The notes under the pieces: model-generated
The model's database searches: none
What the model was told of the DNA's origin: nothing
Seen by the model: only the letters and a program-made list of their open reading frames with translations
Made by a program: the position numbers and the translations under genes
Shown here: positions 12,066 to 25,065 of the stretch, in pieces
Layout of the letters: each line of letters opens with the position of its first letter
Position numbering within the stretch: the stretch's first letter is position 1
Assembly (NCBI GenBank): GCA_973895155.1
Contig: OZ316899.1
Location: forward strand, 8,311,241 to 8,375,240
Source of the DNA: Marsupella aquatica
Lineage: Eukaryota; Plantae; Marchantiophyta
Direction of reading: 5' to 3'
Length of the DNA stretch: 64,000 bases

Positions 12066-15000
12066 TTACTGAGAAGACTCCTCATCCTCGGATTCAGATT
12101 CTGATCCCAAAGGATTTGTCTTTTCTTCCTTGTCGTCTCCAAGATCGACGACGGGAACATCTTCCTCATTAGGTTTCCTAGCAACATCCAGCTTGCTTTC
12201 TTCAGAATCGAAGTTTAAAATTGATCTAACTCTGTCCAACTTCTCTTTCCCCTTCCTTGACACTGTCTTGTCCAGAGTCAAAGTTGAATTTGGCTCCAAA
12301 ATGTCATCTAGCATAGTTCTTGCAAAAGCCACAAACTCTCGCCGCCCTTTGACCCCAATAACAAATCTATCACAATAGTCTCCCGCCACAAATAAACTTC
12401 CCAAACAAGTAGTCCAGTCAATGACAATATCCCCACGACAGGAGATGAGCTCTATAACAGATTGCATAAACCCAACTGTGAGCCTTCCGTTTCCACAAAC
12501 CACAAGGTCTGGCATTGGATCCGCCTTTAAAGATTGAAGTCCTATAAGATTTGTAATAGAGGGATCTTCGGAGGGTGACAATGGACAAAACTTGGGATCT
12601 TTGGGGATTGAAGTTTTGCTTGAAACACGACCGAATATATCCAACCGCAGTGTGAAGATCTGCAAAACAAAACAATAGTGAGGTCATGGTAAACAATTTT
12701 AACTAGCATAGTGATACATAATATTAGCGCCTGGCGCTGGCCAAAAATCCAGATAATTCTTACCTGAGTATCAGACTTAGGTTTGTACATAGGAAAGCCC
12801 ATCACCACTATATGCAAAGCAATACAAGCAAACTTCTGAGATTGTTGGCATGCAGATATTACTTCCAAAATCTGATCGTACTCTCCAGTGTGAAGATAAC
12901 CAGAAGTCCATCGTCATAAAGGAAAGGGTCCATTGCGCTAAAAAAAGCCAATGGAAGAGAGTGGTCTTGCAAATTCCATTTGGGCACTTTTTTCTAGAAG
13001 AGATGGTCTCAACCCAATTGGCAAATAGAGAAATCTGGCATCAACACCAAATGCCCTAACTTTACCCCCTCTGATTACCCCCTCTGCACGTGAACCCAAC
13101 TTAACGAGATTTCTACCCCAGCCCTCAACCCGACCGACCCATGATGGCTTCTCTTCCCGCTTGAACACACTCTTGTAGAACTTTGCCAAGGTGGACTCCA
13201 CAATTTATGTATGTCTTGATTTATTCCCCTTGAAGTCTCCCACATTCCGTTGTAAACCAATCGCTGCAAGCGTTTCCCGCGGAGACCCCCTAAACGTAGA
13301 AACACAACATTTCTTCTTCTTCCTTATGCTCGTTGCATCCACGAGTGGAGCACTCACATCCTCAGGCGTTGCCGACCCTTCAGGCGGCTCCTCATCCTTT
13401 TCGGCACTAATTGCACGAGAGGACTCTGGTGTTGCAGTCCCAACATTGCCAGAAACCAACCCCGCGTCTGATTTCTGAGACCCTACTAAAGACACAATTG
13501 TGGTTAATAATAGCGTCAGGCGCTAGTCAACATTAACCATGGACAACTAGGCAGAAATAGAGAAACAAACGTAGGGACTCACTCTTTTGGGTCTCTTTCT
13601 GAGATCCACTTGGGGTCGTTTCTTGCTTGGCTTTTGCTCTTGGTTTTTGACTCCTTGCAACTTGGACAACTTGCATCTTGCAAATCCTTTGAAGCTCTAT
13701 TGCCGATCGATCTATCTCTGCATTGATCCCTTGCTTCATCTCCGACAAAATGTTTCTTGGATCGATTCTTGGATAACTTGTGGAAAGCATCTTTCTCTGT
13801 ATCATCAAATGGGGAACTCCACTTGTCTATGTCAAGATACCATGGACAATGCAAAACCTCCCAGTTTGTCATCTTTCTTGGGGGAAACTTGCCTTTTGCT
13901 GGGTACATAGAGTACCCAAGAAAGTCCTCAGACGCTTCAGACCTCAAAATTACAATGGCCCACTTTTGGAAGGCACCAGGATAGGCCCAGAAATAGGTGG
14001 GGTCACTCCTCTCCATTTTCATGTAATATTGATACAGATATCTCTTTGCTCTCTTGCAGTTGACATCACTCAAATCCTCCTTATCAGTGTACTTGGGTTC
14101 CCAAATGTTGTTGAAGAACTTGGCCCTTATGGAATCACCATACTTTCTAAAATCCTCTAAAATCATAGCCCTCGACTTCTCAAATGTCAAGACCTCTCCG
14201 ACCTGTGTTGTAAGACGTTGTTCTATACACAAAGCCATAACTTCGTTCAAAGACGCGTCTAAGAGAGCAGTGGCTATCCCCTCTATTGTATTCCAAACAT
14301 GCCAGGTGTGACACCACTTCTTAACGGGGTCATAAGAAACTCCAAAGGGATGAAAAAATTGTTTCCTTAACTTGGGAGTACAATGAGCAACAAGAAGCGT
14401 ACTTTGCAACTTTGGATCTAAGGCCAAATTGCCAGTGAACAAGCAAGCTCTATCCATCGTGCAGAATACGGCGTCAGGGACCTTCTCTCGTTTGAGTCGA
14501 TCAGTAAGACTATACATTTTGGCACAAGTGTCGATGAAATTTTCAAACTCTGGGCTCAGCAAGGAAGTGAGCTTCGGAGTTTTCACGGTCCACTCCTTAG
14601 TTGCTTCCTTCATCATCTGATTGTGACAAAGACTTGTCTCTTCGACAGACCAGGGTGCACCGGAATTGTTGGCCTGGGTCTTTATCACCTGGAACTGCTG
14701 CAAGTAGGACTTGATCTTATTTTCACACAAGATATAGACCAAGGCCTCCATTGGCATCTTCTTAGTAAACCACAAACCTTTTTGGGTTCCTTTTTGCGTC
14801 TTCTCAAATTTGGTGTAATTTGCTTTGTCTATGATGGGTTTATATATTCAAGATCATGTGCCAAAATCCTCCTGATTTTGTCCGCGTCCAAAATCCAAGA
14901 AGACTCTACAATTGCTTGCCCCATCCTGTGAAATTCAGCATATTAGAAATAGCGCCTGGCGCTAACAAAGACCCTAAAACCTGAAAGAACAGGGAATTAA

Positions 15001-15700
15001 CAGACATAAACCAACAAATTTGAGAGTTTCAATCATTGGCAAAGGAGAACTTACTGGTTCACAATGTGCATTGCTGCTTCAATCTCGATGATAGATTCCT
15101 TGTCCCCTTTGAATATTGTGCATTGCACTCGAGGATGATACTTTGGATTCTCTGGACTCTCATTAAGTAACTTTTGTCCACAAAAATAGTCGATGATTCC
15201 CATCAAAAACCAAGAACATTTTGTCCTTGAGGACCAGGAATGCGGGTCTGCTTCACATTTGGCTTCAAACAATTGGTTTTCCACTACCCAAATTGAATCC
15301 CAGGTGCTCTATATTTCATCTATACACAACTGTGGAGCACCTTCAGCGTTGGATGGGTGGACAAAAAATCGCATGCCTATGGACAAACTGTACCCAGATG
15401 TCCTGAAGGAGTCCTTCAACTTCTCGATTGATTGACTATATATTCCTTTGAAGAGTGCGGACGACCTCCATATGAACAAGGCGACAGAACAAAATCCGCG
15501 GTGGCTCCTTTGGTAATCCATTTGCATCAACGCCAAACGACATGGCATGCTTTTCAACCACCAATTTCTCAATATCTTTGGCATTCTAGACAACAAACTC
15601 ACCAACTTGCTCCATTTTTTATCGCCTCGGTTTTGCACACGGAAGCTTGACCCGATTGAGGGGGTACTGCGCAGTGGAACGAGTTATCCTTTGACTCAAA
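12066..15700 (-). pseudogene. ParB/Srx-like domain fused to a beta-class N4C/N6A DNA methyltransferase-like domain (gene 1), 3 introns, disrupted
   Basis: N-terminal ILFCRLVHMEVVRTL..IEKLKDSFRTSGY and MFLVFDGNHRLF (~15185-15220) match the ParB/Srx DGxHR motif. C-terminal ARFLYLPIGL..VPKWN is motif IV-like, FLYDDGLLVIF is motif VI-like, and VIELISCRGDIVIDWTTCLGSLFVAGDYCDRFVIGV is motif X/I-like. GT-AG introns are at 14926-15054, 13483-13582 and 12660-12763. The 5' end is uncertain. Confidence 0.7.
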
Positions 15701-16297
15701 ACACAACTAGAATATGATGACTCTGAAGGTTGAGAATGGTTTGCCGACCCAGATCCTATTTTGGTATACTCTCCCACCCACCGTGTTGCGATGTAGTCCC
15801 GTTCAAGTTGGAATTGTATGGGAGTTCAGTCGGGAATTTGTTTGGGAGTTTGGATACACTTACTCGTGTGGAGTTCCCGTACGTCAGCCCACAGTCATAC
15901 CAACGCAATTGAGGCAAATATTCCACCCCTCAAACAACTCTGGAAATCCCGAAGTACCCTCAATGTACGACCAGTACAGTCGTTGGAAATATTTGCGATG
16001 GCGTACTCAACCGAAAGGGGTATCTAAGGTCTGGAGGACCATTAAACCAATAATTGTTTAGAGCTCACACTCGACAGACACCTAGAGAAAATTGGACCGT
16101 TGATTGGACAGCGGAGTTGTAACAAGGTATCCATTGAAGTTACCATTACTAAACCCAAGAATACAAATGGATCTAGCCAGCAAAAGAGCCCCATATATCC
16201 GTTTAAGTTACCGTTGAATAATGGGTCTTCAATAGATAGCGCCCGACGCTAGCATTGGGAGTTATCTTTATGGGAACATTATTGTCTCCATTAGAGC

Positions 16298-19200
16298 TAT
16301 GGTAAAGTGGTCAGTTGGTTAAATAACACTTTAACCTCTAAAGACTTGAATTCATTCCCTGTAAGAGTTAATGAAAAGCGAATTGGTACTGAAAAGAACA
16401 AATAAGATGTTGATTCGGCATAACCTTGCCAAGGAGTTCTCTCTCCAGAGGATTGATAGTAATCAATGCACAAAAACTAATAATTAAAAAAAGGCATGGA
16501 AAAGGACTAGTAAAAATGTCTTATCAATTGACTCATGAGAAGAGATGATGGAAAATGACAATCCCCAGTGAATCAACAGGATTCTGGATTTTTAAGATTC
16601 AGAATGCAACAGAGCTCATAACATGGTCGAATTAGAATAGACATCAAACATTAAATAGAAATTTACATGGAGATCTAGATATCAAACCAAGAATACTTTC
16701 TGGTCAACAAGTGGCGATGGTACTAGAATGCCTGAATTGGTATCTTCTCACACAAAGATTTCTAGATTGTCAAATTGATAACTTCTCAATCAAATTTAGA
16801 TAATTACTCACGGAAAGGAAACATTCCATTTCAACTACTGAAACAGCAAGACTTCAATGCTACCTAGAATCCATATGAGTAAAATTCAAATCAAAATCCA
16901 ACTTCAAAGTATTATGGCAAAATTTCTAAGTATTAACTTCTCAACAGGAGAAGGAGTCTGCAGTTTTACTCACAACAGGTCAAGGCTCAACAGGAGCACC
17001 TGAGGAGGAGCTTCTATGCTTCCAACAGAAACTGAGAACTTAGGAAAAATGGATCTGTGTTCCTCCTAAGGTGCACAAAGGAAAAGATCCCAAAAGTCAC
17101 AAAGTGTCATTTCCGGTTTTCATGGGAGAAAAAGTAACTGTCAATCAAAATCCGGAAATGAGAACAAAGAAAAATCCGGAAATGGATGTAAGGCAAAATC
17201 CAGATTTTGATTTCCGGTTCTACTACTAAGTCCGGATTTAGATCCTAGTCGGATCCGGAAATGCTAACTAACTAACTAAAACTACTAAGCTACTGGGTTC
17301 TCATCTTCTACATCTACTCTAACTGACGCATGTGTAAGATCAACTGGACTAACAGGTTTCAGAGAAGGAGGTGTCCCTAAACTCGTAGTAGCCTCCAGGT
17401 CCTTCAAATCGAAAGGTGAACCACGTGCTGGACTGATAGTCGGAGGTGATACTGACGGAAAATGGAACTCAACCTTCTCAAATTTGGGTGGGGTGCCTCC
17501 TACTTCATTTTCATCTCGAAGCACTGGAGAAGTTTCGGAGTCCGGAATCCGGATTCTGGCAGGGGTCAACATGGACTTCGCATCCAAAATTACTTTCTCC
17601 ATCTGATCAAACGCTCCTGCGATCTTCTTGGCAAAGCGGTTATTGCACTCAATAACCTTGACAATGGTGCCTGGGTTGGCTGTCGCTAAATACTTATCTA
17701 TCAAGTTGGCCTCCAACAAGCCAAGGGCTGGTACATGAATAGCCTCCTGAACACTGGTAATTGCAGCATTCAGTAATTTCTGGATCTTCAGATGTTCCTC
17801 CAACTTCTTCTGTGCAGCATCCAACTGGTCCACCAAAGAGTCAATCTTTTGTTTGTCCTTGAAGGCCTAATCCTCCAAGTCCCAGATCCGCTTCTTAGCC
17901 TGACTCTTAATCATCATGTCTAGAGTGGAAACAATAACAACCGGACTCCAGTTGAGCATCTCAGCAACCATCCCAACCAGATCCTCAAGTTGCTTTGCTT
18001 TTCCGGGCGCACTCTCCACAAAAGTCGGACATGCTCCAGCTCCGTTGATGCCGTCCACTTCAAACTGGGGGTCACGCCCGAAAAACTTCCTCTACTTTCC
18101 GGTCTCCGGATAGGTTCCGGATCTCCAACAGGATCCGGTTTCGGACTCTGCACAAATCTCTTCTGTGTCCTGGGAGGTCGCACTTCCATAACCGGTTCTT
18201 CTTCTCATTCAGTCCCCTCAGATGGCTGTTGATCCGGATCTCTGAGTTGAGCCAACATGGCTTGATTCTCATACTCCTCCGCTTCTTCATTTGTAAGGAT
18301 CCGGTCCATCGCGTAAATATTGGCTATATAGCAAGAAAGGGATGTGGGGGTCTTCAAATGAAGATTTCGGACCTGGTTGGCTATAACTTCCTCCAAAACT
18401 TTGGCCCAGGAAATCTTCTTCTCTTCTATGTAAAAAGCAGCAATAGTATTTCCAATCCAGATTGTAACTTGTCAAGGCTTGGCAGGGGAAAGAAGTGGGA
18501 GCAAAAAGGACAGAACGTCGTAAAACTCCTCATTACAGCATTGAGACACCTTCCAGCCATCTTTTGGGTCAACTTCTCCATCAAAATAGTTATCCGCAAA
18601 GTCATTCTTGGAGGTCAGGAAGCCTTCTCCCTTCAAAGGCACATCCAAAAGCGACGAGATACCTACTGCGGTCCACTTTTCTGGTTTGGCTCGAATCGAA
18701 TCCGGAAATTCCGAAGCAAGGGTCGTACAATTCCGGACCTCCTTCACAAATACTGCACTCTGGTATCCCCATGGTAACTCCATCAACTTCGCACAACCCA
18801 TGGTCTCAAGGTTCTTCTGCAAGCGGTCCTTCCGTGCCAAATCCGTGGGAATCTCCGGTCGTAGTGGCTTTTTGTTCACAACGACTGTCCGCTCCTTGGT
18901 TTTTTGCTTCGGTAGCATCCGGATTCCGGATTTGTCCAGGGCAAAATCCGGGTCCTTTCTCTTCACCATGATTAGGAGATGGAGAGAAAGAATCCAAATT
19001 TAAATCCCTTCAAAATCCGGAGTTCCCAAATCCGGAAATCTTGATCAAGTCACAAACTTCCCCTCTCAATCCAACAATCACCCGCTTCCCCCGTAACCAA
19101 CTTCCTTTCAACTAATGCCTCAAAACGGCAGCCTTGTCTGGCTCTAATCTCTCCTGTGATTACTCGCAAAAGATTTCCGCAGTAGTTCGGTGGTGTGAGG

Positions 19201-19491
19201 AATGCTCGGTCTGGCGGGGTCTTAAGAACTCGGTTGCCAACTTCCGATCTCCGGTCGGATGTCAGACTTATGGTTTTAATATTCATTCTCCCATGCCTTC
19301 TTGCATGGTGCAACAGTGCCGTTACTTAAGAGTTCCAAAAAGTGTGCTATCCGGATATTTGCGGATTTGATACTGTCAATATGCTTGTTATGGTCTTTTC
19401 CGGTCAAAGTATACTCCGTTAACCACTAAAAGTTGAAATTTTTTAAATTTTTGCACTTTTTAATGTCCTTAGTTATAACCATGGTATCACA
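16298..19491. mobile_element. 3.19-kb solo-LTR-like insertion (copy 2) with internal ORF
   Basis: Starts TATGGTA (TG changed to TA) and ends TATCACA. TSD AGAGC at 16293-16297 and 19492-19496. Same orientation as, and homologous to, 6114-9283. Confidence 0.85.
17285..18969 (-). pseudogene. Second disrupted copy of the ORF carried by the 3.2-kb unit
   Basis: ORF pieces 18472-18969, 18205-18396, 17920-18189, 17867-18058 and 17285-17836 parallel copy 1. Confidence 0.7.
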
Positions 19492-20545
19492 AGAGCACGT
19501 CGAATGAAATAATTTCCCAATTGAATGACATTGTGCCACTCGTACTTTACTAGCGCTTGGCACTAGTGAAAGAGCCCTGTATATCCGTTCAAGTTACCAT
19601 TGAATAATGGGTCTTCAATAGATAGCGCCCAACGCTAGCATTGGGGGTTATCTTTATGGGAACATTATTGTCTCCATTAGAGCATATTGAATGAAATAAT
19701 TTCCCAATTGAATCACATTTTTCCTTTCGTATTTTACTAGCACGTGGCGCTAGCGAAAGAGCCCCATATATCCGTTCAAGTTACCGTTGAATAATGGGTC
19801 TTCAATAGATAGCACCCGGTGCTAGCATTGGGGGTTATCTTTATGGGAACATTATCGTCTCCATTAGAGCATATCGAATGAAATAATTTCCCAATTGAAT
19901 CACATTTTGACACTCGTACTTTACTAGCGCAAGAGTCCACGTTATTAGTGAAGATGTACCTCTGAATTTTTTCATGACAAACATAAACATAATGGTCATT
20001 GGATAGCGTCAGACGCTATTATTCTAAATTGCATTGAGTTGATATTAATAGTTGGGTCGAGGACCTATTTTGGAGAGACCTTGGTGCTTCTATTCGCCTA
20101 TGACAGAATATCTCATACACCATCAATTTGTAATGCCGTTAGAAAATGACAAACATTCATTGATGACCGGCCATTTTGTTGTACTTTCAACAATTCTCTT
20201 CCTCACAAATGAATTGTCACAAAACCAAAATTCAGAAAGTCATTCTCGATGGATTTGCTAATTGTAATCTCTCACTGTCCGCATGGAGACCTAGTGTCAA
20301 TCCCTCTCCCAAGTCCTAAGCAACATGATCATATTTCCGAGGAATTTCTTGCCACCAGGTTTGGAATTCCTGGTGTGAGTATACGCAGAATCGTGATCTC
20401 AGGATCAGATGTGGTTGTTGACGCTGATGTCACTGGCAGAGTTTGGCATTGGAGATTGTGCAGTGGGGTGAAGTACAACATTGTTAGTTTAGGAACTCTG
20501 AGGTACCATCCTTGTCGTCGAAGGATATGATGAAAGTAGATTTGA

Positions 20546-21452
20546 TTGACCTTTCAGATAGTAGTGATGAACAAGATCGACATTTCAAAGATTCCTCTTC
20601 CTCAGAACTATGTGAAAGTGGAGATAGTGGATGTGCTGACTAAGTGTACCAATTTAATTGTTTACCGGAGGAGTGCGCTTGATACGATTCTGCAATCAAA
20701 AGGTCAGAGTGAGATCTCTAGATTCATGCGAAGGAACGATTACCAGTTTGAGCAAGTATCAAGCTTGCCAGGCACGTACAATGGGAATGTTGTTTTTGAA
20801 TTGCCTCCTGTTGTTGGAGTTTGCTGAAAAGGTGAATGTCTCCAAGACATGGATTGAAGCAAAGATTGTTACTATTGGACTCGGATTGTCACAACTTCTG
20901 CAAATGTTGTCCCCAAAAAGATGTGGGATTTTGGGAAAGTGTTTTGTACGGGTTCTCTGGAATGTCGTAACGATTCATGTGAGTTCTGGGTCAAACATGA
21001 AAGGAGGAATGCAAGGTTTTGGGGAAAAGTTCCTAAGCTTTTTGGTTTGCACGTATTTGGACAACTCATTCCTGAAGGCGAGATTGTTTGTCATTACTGT
21101 TGGGAGCGTCCATTTTGCATTGAATCATGTCCAGCCATGATGTTCTACATGTACGCGTCTTCCAAAGTTGATGCGGAATCCGCTAAGCATATGTCACGTC
21201 TTGCTATTCACATGGGATTTCATAATCATCCTAGCAAGCAAGTTTTTTCCAGAGAGGCTGAAAAGGTGGCAAAGATACACTTGGATAAAGGTTTGAGTTT
21301 GAATCCGCATGCAACTGCTTTGGGTATGAAGAACACAGTCACCGGATCTCTTTTTAAAGCGATGTGTGAGTCATCCGTTCAAGATATGATCCCAATAGAA
21401 GAGACAAAGATTTTTGAATCTCTTCAGGTGATCTCAACCCCTCAAAAATTTG
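20546..21452 (+). pseudogene. MULE-like transposase, N-terminal part with GCM/WRKY-like Zn-binding domain
   Basis: CTGSLECRNDSC..CHYC..CPA..HMGFHNHP. Removing the solo LTR restores the in-frame junction QKFV|NLLRS. Confidence 0.7.
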
Positions 21453-22893
21453 TGTAGTATCACACTAGGGACATATTAAATATACATTTAAGATCCAAAA
21501 CTTGGTATTCGTTCCCATGGAAGAACATGTAAGGAATGATTTTCTATTGTTTAGCACTTTTGAATGAGTAAGATAACAAAAACACAGGTTTGAGCTTTTT
21601 ACTATAATTGCTCAACAAGGCATAGTTTTGAATGTTTGCTTAACATTGTAAATAAAATAACAAAATGGAAACAATTAACAAAACACAATGAAATCTTGAG
21701 GTATGGTGAGGGAGTTAGGAAACAACCAAGGTTACTCCTCAACATCACTTCATTTGATGTGATTTAGGTGGTATATCCACAAGAACATTTCTGGAAAGGA
21801 TTACTGTACTAGGATGATCACTAAAATGTCATCAACATGTCTCTACTTTTCCTTCCAAGGTACTAAGTGGAGACTAGTAATCAATCACTTCTGTATCCAA
21901 TCGGTACTTTGTGTCGCGAATAAGAGACACCATCATCATCAAAGTTGAAACCATAAGTCATTGGTAAGTAATCCTTTTTAGCATCCGTGCTCAAGCAAGA
22001 CAATGCCAACAACTATGCATCAAGAACTAAGAAATATGTGAAACATCACCAACAAGGAATCTATTTTCACATATACCAAAGATTTAACATTCACAATGAT
22101 TTTACTTCAAGGGTCCAAACTTCTCATTCATTTAGGCTTGAAGGGGGAAGAAATCCTTTGAGTTAAGTACTCATATGCAATGAAGTTCTCTTTACAAGGT
22201 GGAGGTAACAAAGTTGCAATCTTGCAAGTGAGTGCTCATGAAATTTCTTCACACAAGAAATGACACGAGAACTACTACTTATGCTAGCAGGAACCAAAGG
22301 CAAAAGAGATAATGAAAGGACATGCCCTTTCATATCTTAAGGGTCATGGGGTAAAGTAAAAATAACAAAAGTGTACTACAGAAGTACCTAAGGTTTAGTG
22401 GAATGTTCCTGGAATGAAAAACTAACTAAAAGGTATTTCAGGGGTTAACTATTGTAAAAGTGGAATTGTGGTAAAACTATTGAATATGGGTTTTGTTCTA
22501 AATTTAGTTTCTCAGCTAAAAGTTAGAAAAAGGTGATACTTTGGTAAAAAAATTTCTTATGTATATTCTTCATGCTAGCAAAATATGAGACTTTTCTAAG
22601 GTGTCTAAGTGCCTCAATAAAATAGGTGAAAGTGTAACTAAATTATAAAAAAGTGAAAAATTCAGAAAAGTTTTCAAGTGTTGGGTGCATTAGCGCATAA
22701 GCTGCTTCTGTGATTTCCCAATTTGTTATGACATTAGAGGTAACTAGTTTGAGTATAACTAATGTATCTAGGGATGGCTTAGCTATTCTGATGCACTTAA
22801 TTAGTGTGATAACCTAAGTTGAATCCCTACTTATCTCAAAAAAATTGAAAATTTAAAGTTTTCTCAATAATTCTGAATAATTGCTATATTACA
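21453..22893. mobile_element. 1.44-kb solo LTR inserted in the MULE transposase
   Basis: Ends TGTAGTAT and ATATTACA. TSD ATTTG at 21448-21452 and 22894-22898. No long ORF. Confidence 0.85.
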
Positions 22894-23491
22894 ATTTGTG
22901 AATCTTCTGAGAAGTATTCGTCAAGACCAGAAAGGAAGAGGGGAGCTGGAATTTCTGGTTAGCATGCAAAAGAACATTTCCTTCCCTTTTCTTCAAAGGT
23001 TCTTGTTGCCGGGGCAAGGGTGTCGAGATGAAAGTGCGCACATTTTCAAAATGTCCATTAAGGGTGAAGGCTCTGGTCTGGATCTTCTTCGAAGGATGAC
23101 CCCCGGAGGACCTCTTGAGGGTGCTTGGGTAAGTTTTGATGTGGTGCATCAAATGACTAAGGATTGGCTTATGTTTGGTGTCCATGTTTATGACCATAAC
23201 TATCGTGCACTTTGCACGATATTCACTTGCAAGTTGCGGGCAGAAGATACAAAATCCCTTGAGAGGGCTTGGCGTTTAATGTTGGAGGTGGCGGCTGAGA
23301 ATGGTCTTGAGAATGTACACATTCATGGTTTCATGGCGGACAATGCTCAAGCAGGTTGGAATGCTGTCAAGGATGTGTTCTTTGGGGGAATTCCGGATCC
23401 TAAACGTGAGCGATCAGATGCATTTCATTTTTTCCAGTTATTTCAGAGACACGCAATCAAAGGCATTCATGAGGGAAAGCAGGGTGAACAT
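22894..23491 (+). pseudogene. MULE-like transposase, DDE core segment
   Basis: WVSFDVVH...GFMADNAQAGWNAVKDVF...DAFHFFQ matches the MULE FMxD..A..NA...VF..CxFH pattern. Cut by the Copia insertion after ..QGEH. Confidence 0.75.
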
Positions 23492-23911
23492 TGTTGGGTA
23501 TTTACTCTTACGTCTAGGTTAGGTATGACGTGGTTGGTACAACAACGTGGGTTGGTACAACTACGTGGTTAGGTACAACTACGTGATTAGGTACAACTAT
23601 GTGGTTAGGTACAACTACGTGATTAGGTACAACTATGTGGTTAGGTACAACTAAGTTGCACACTATATCATAAGAGGCATGTGTGCTTGGAGAGGTAGAA
23701 CCAAGGCTCATTGTTATGGAGCCACTTGAGAGATAGGGAGAGCTTACATGTGGAGACTCGGTATAGCCGACGGGCTTAGAGTTCAGTAAAGCTCTCTTGT
23801 GTGTTCCCGTGGACGTAGCCTCAAGGAGGTGAACCACGTATCTCTTGTGTCGACTATTGTGCGTTGGATGGTTCATGGGCTTGCCGTTGCGATCGTCGTC
23901 TATGCTCAACA
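23492..23911 (+). repeat. 5' LTR of the Copia element
   Basis: TGTTGGG...CTCAACA, duplicated at 29565-29984. Contains an 18-bp tandem array. Confidence 0.95.
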
Positions 23912-23913
23912 AT

Positions 23914-23925
23914 TGGTATCAGAGC
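23914..23925 (+). promoter_or_regulatory. Primer-binding site complementary to initiator tRNA-Met
   Basis: TGGTATCAGAGC, 2 nt after the 5' LTR. Confidence 0.93.
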
Positions 23926-25065
23926 ATGCTTGGGAGGTGACGTGTGTTCGTGACGGGATTTCATGACGGTTTTTCTAGCGTTGAGTGTTGGTGGATTTTC
24001 CAGAGTTCCATCGCATGGAACTTGGAGTTTATGGGCTCAACGGATAGATCAGGGCAAGAGCTTTCTAACGGTGTGAAGAAATCGTTGAACGGAGCTCGTG
24101 GTGCAGAGAGATCTAAGTTTTCGTCGTTCTGGATTTTGTGAAGAAAGTTGGCAATCGACTCGGAGGGAGAAGCATCAAGTGTTTTGACTCAACGGAGAGA
24201 TTGAGGCAAGACGATTGTTTTTGAGTTCGGGATTGGCTCTTTGATGCAAAGAGGAAGGCTAAGCAAAATCAATTACCTTGTTGGACTTGGTGACGGCACC
24301 AAGTGCAATTGATCAACATTCGTTGTTGACAAGGTACCATTTTTTTCTCTTTGAAAAACTGATTCGAAATTGGCTATGGCAATTGAGAGAAATCTGTCAT
24401 CTTTACCAATTTTTTTCTCTCTCGTTCTTTCCTCGTTTTGGGTGCTTCTTATATCGATCTTCATCGCCTCGGAGTCTAGTTTCCAAATCTGAAATCGGAT
24501 CTTGATTTCGTCAAAACCCGAGTGAGATATCTTGCGTTTGGTGTCGAGGGGTACATTCTGCCGTGTGTATTTTCTGCGCGCGCGACCAGATTTCGACGAC
24601 GAAGGGTGGTAGGGGGTTTTGGGGGTTCGAGGACACATGTCAGCCCCTCGATTGTTCTTCCAAAATTCCCACAGGGCCTGTACAAGGGTCATAGAATATT
24701 CCAAAAAACCAGAGAGCTATTTTTTGATCGTCCGACAAAGATTTCATCCGCCGAACGATAACTTTTTTGGTTATTTTTCGGCGAGGTCGTAGCCATTGAA
24801 GTTGGCAATGCAGCGCACCAATCACATCGCAATTCCGACAACGGGTTGTACTTGGTATTTCGGTTATTCCCTGAGGTGGTCAAAACGGGGGAGTTTCCCA
24901 AGGTTTTACCCACCTCGACCGAAATTTGAATAACTTTTCCGTCAAATTTCGATTTTGATTTTGGTTTTCAGTATTGGACTCCTAGCTTTGTGGGCTACGC
25001 GGCGATGTTGAGTTTCGAGTTTTTTGAGAAGTTGTGAAAAACAACATTTTTTGTGACTTTCTCAT

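Larger units (their letters stand above)
16180..19930 (+). repeat. ~187-bp tandem repeat array (two palindromes per unit) between ParB-MTase gene 1 and the MULE transposase, split by the 16298-19491 insertion
   Basis: The unit aaagagccccatatatccgttcaagttaccgttgaataatgggtc... recurs at ~16183, ~19569 and ~19756. Confidence 0.85.

Noticed and set aside
23514-23912. 132-aa antisense ORF with VVPNH repeats, duplicated at 29587-29985
   Set aside because: Translation of the LTR 18-bp array; the duplication simply reflects the two LTRs.
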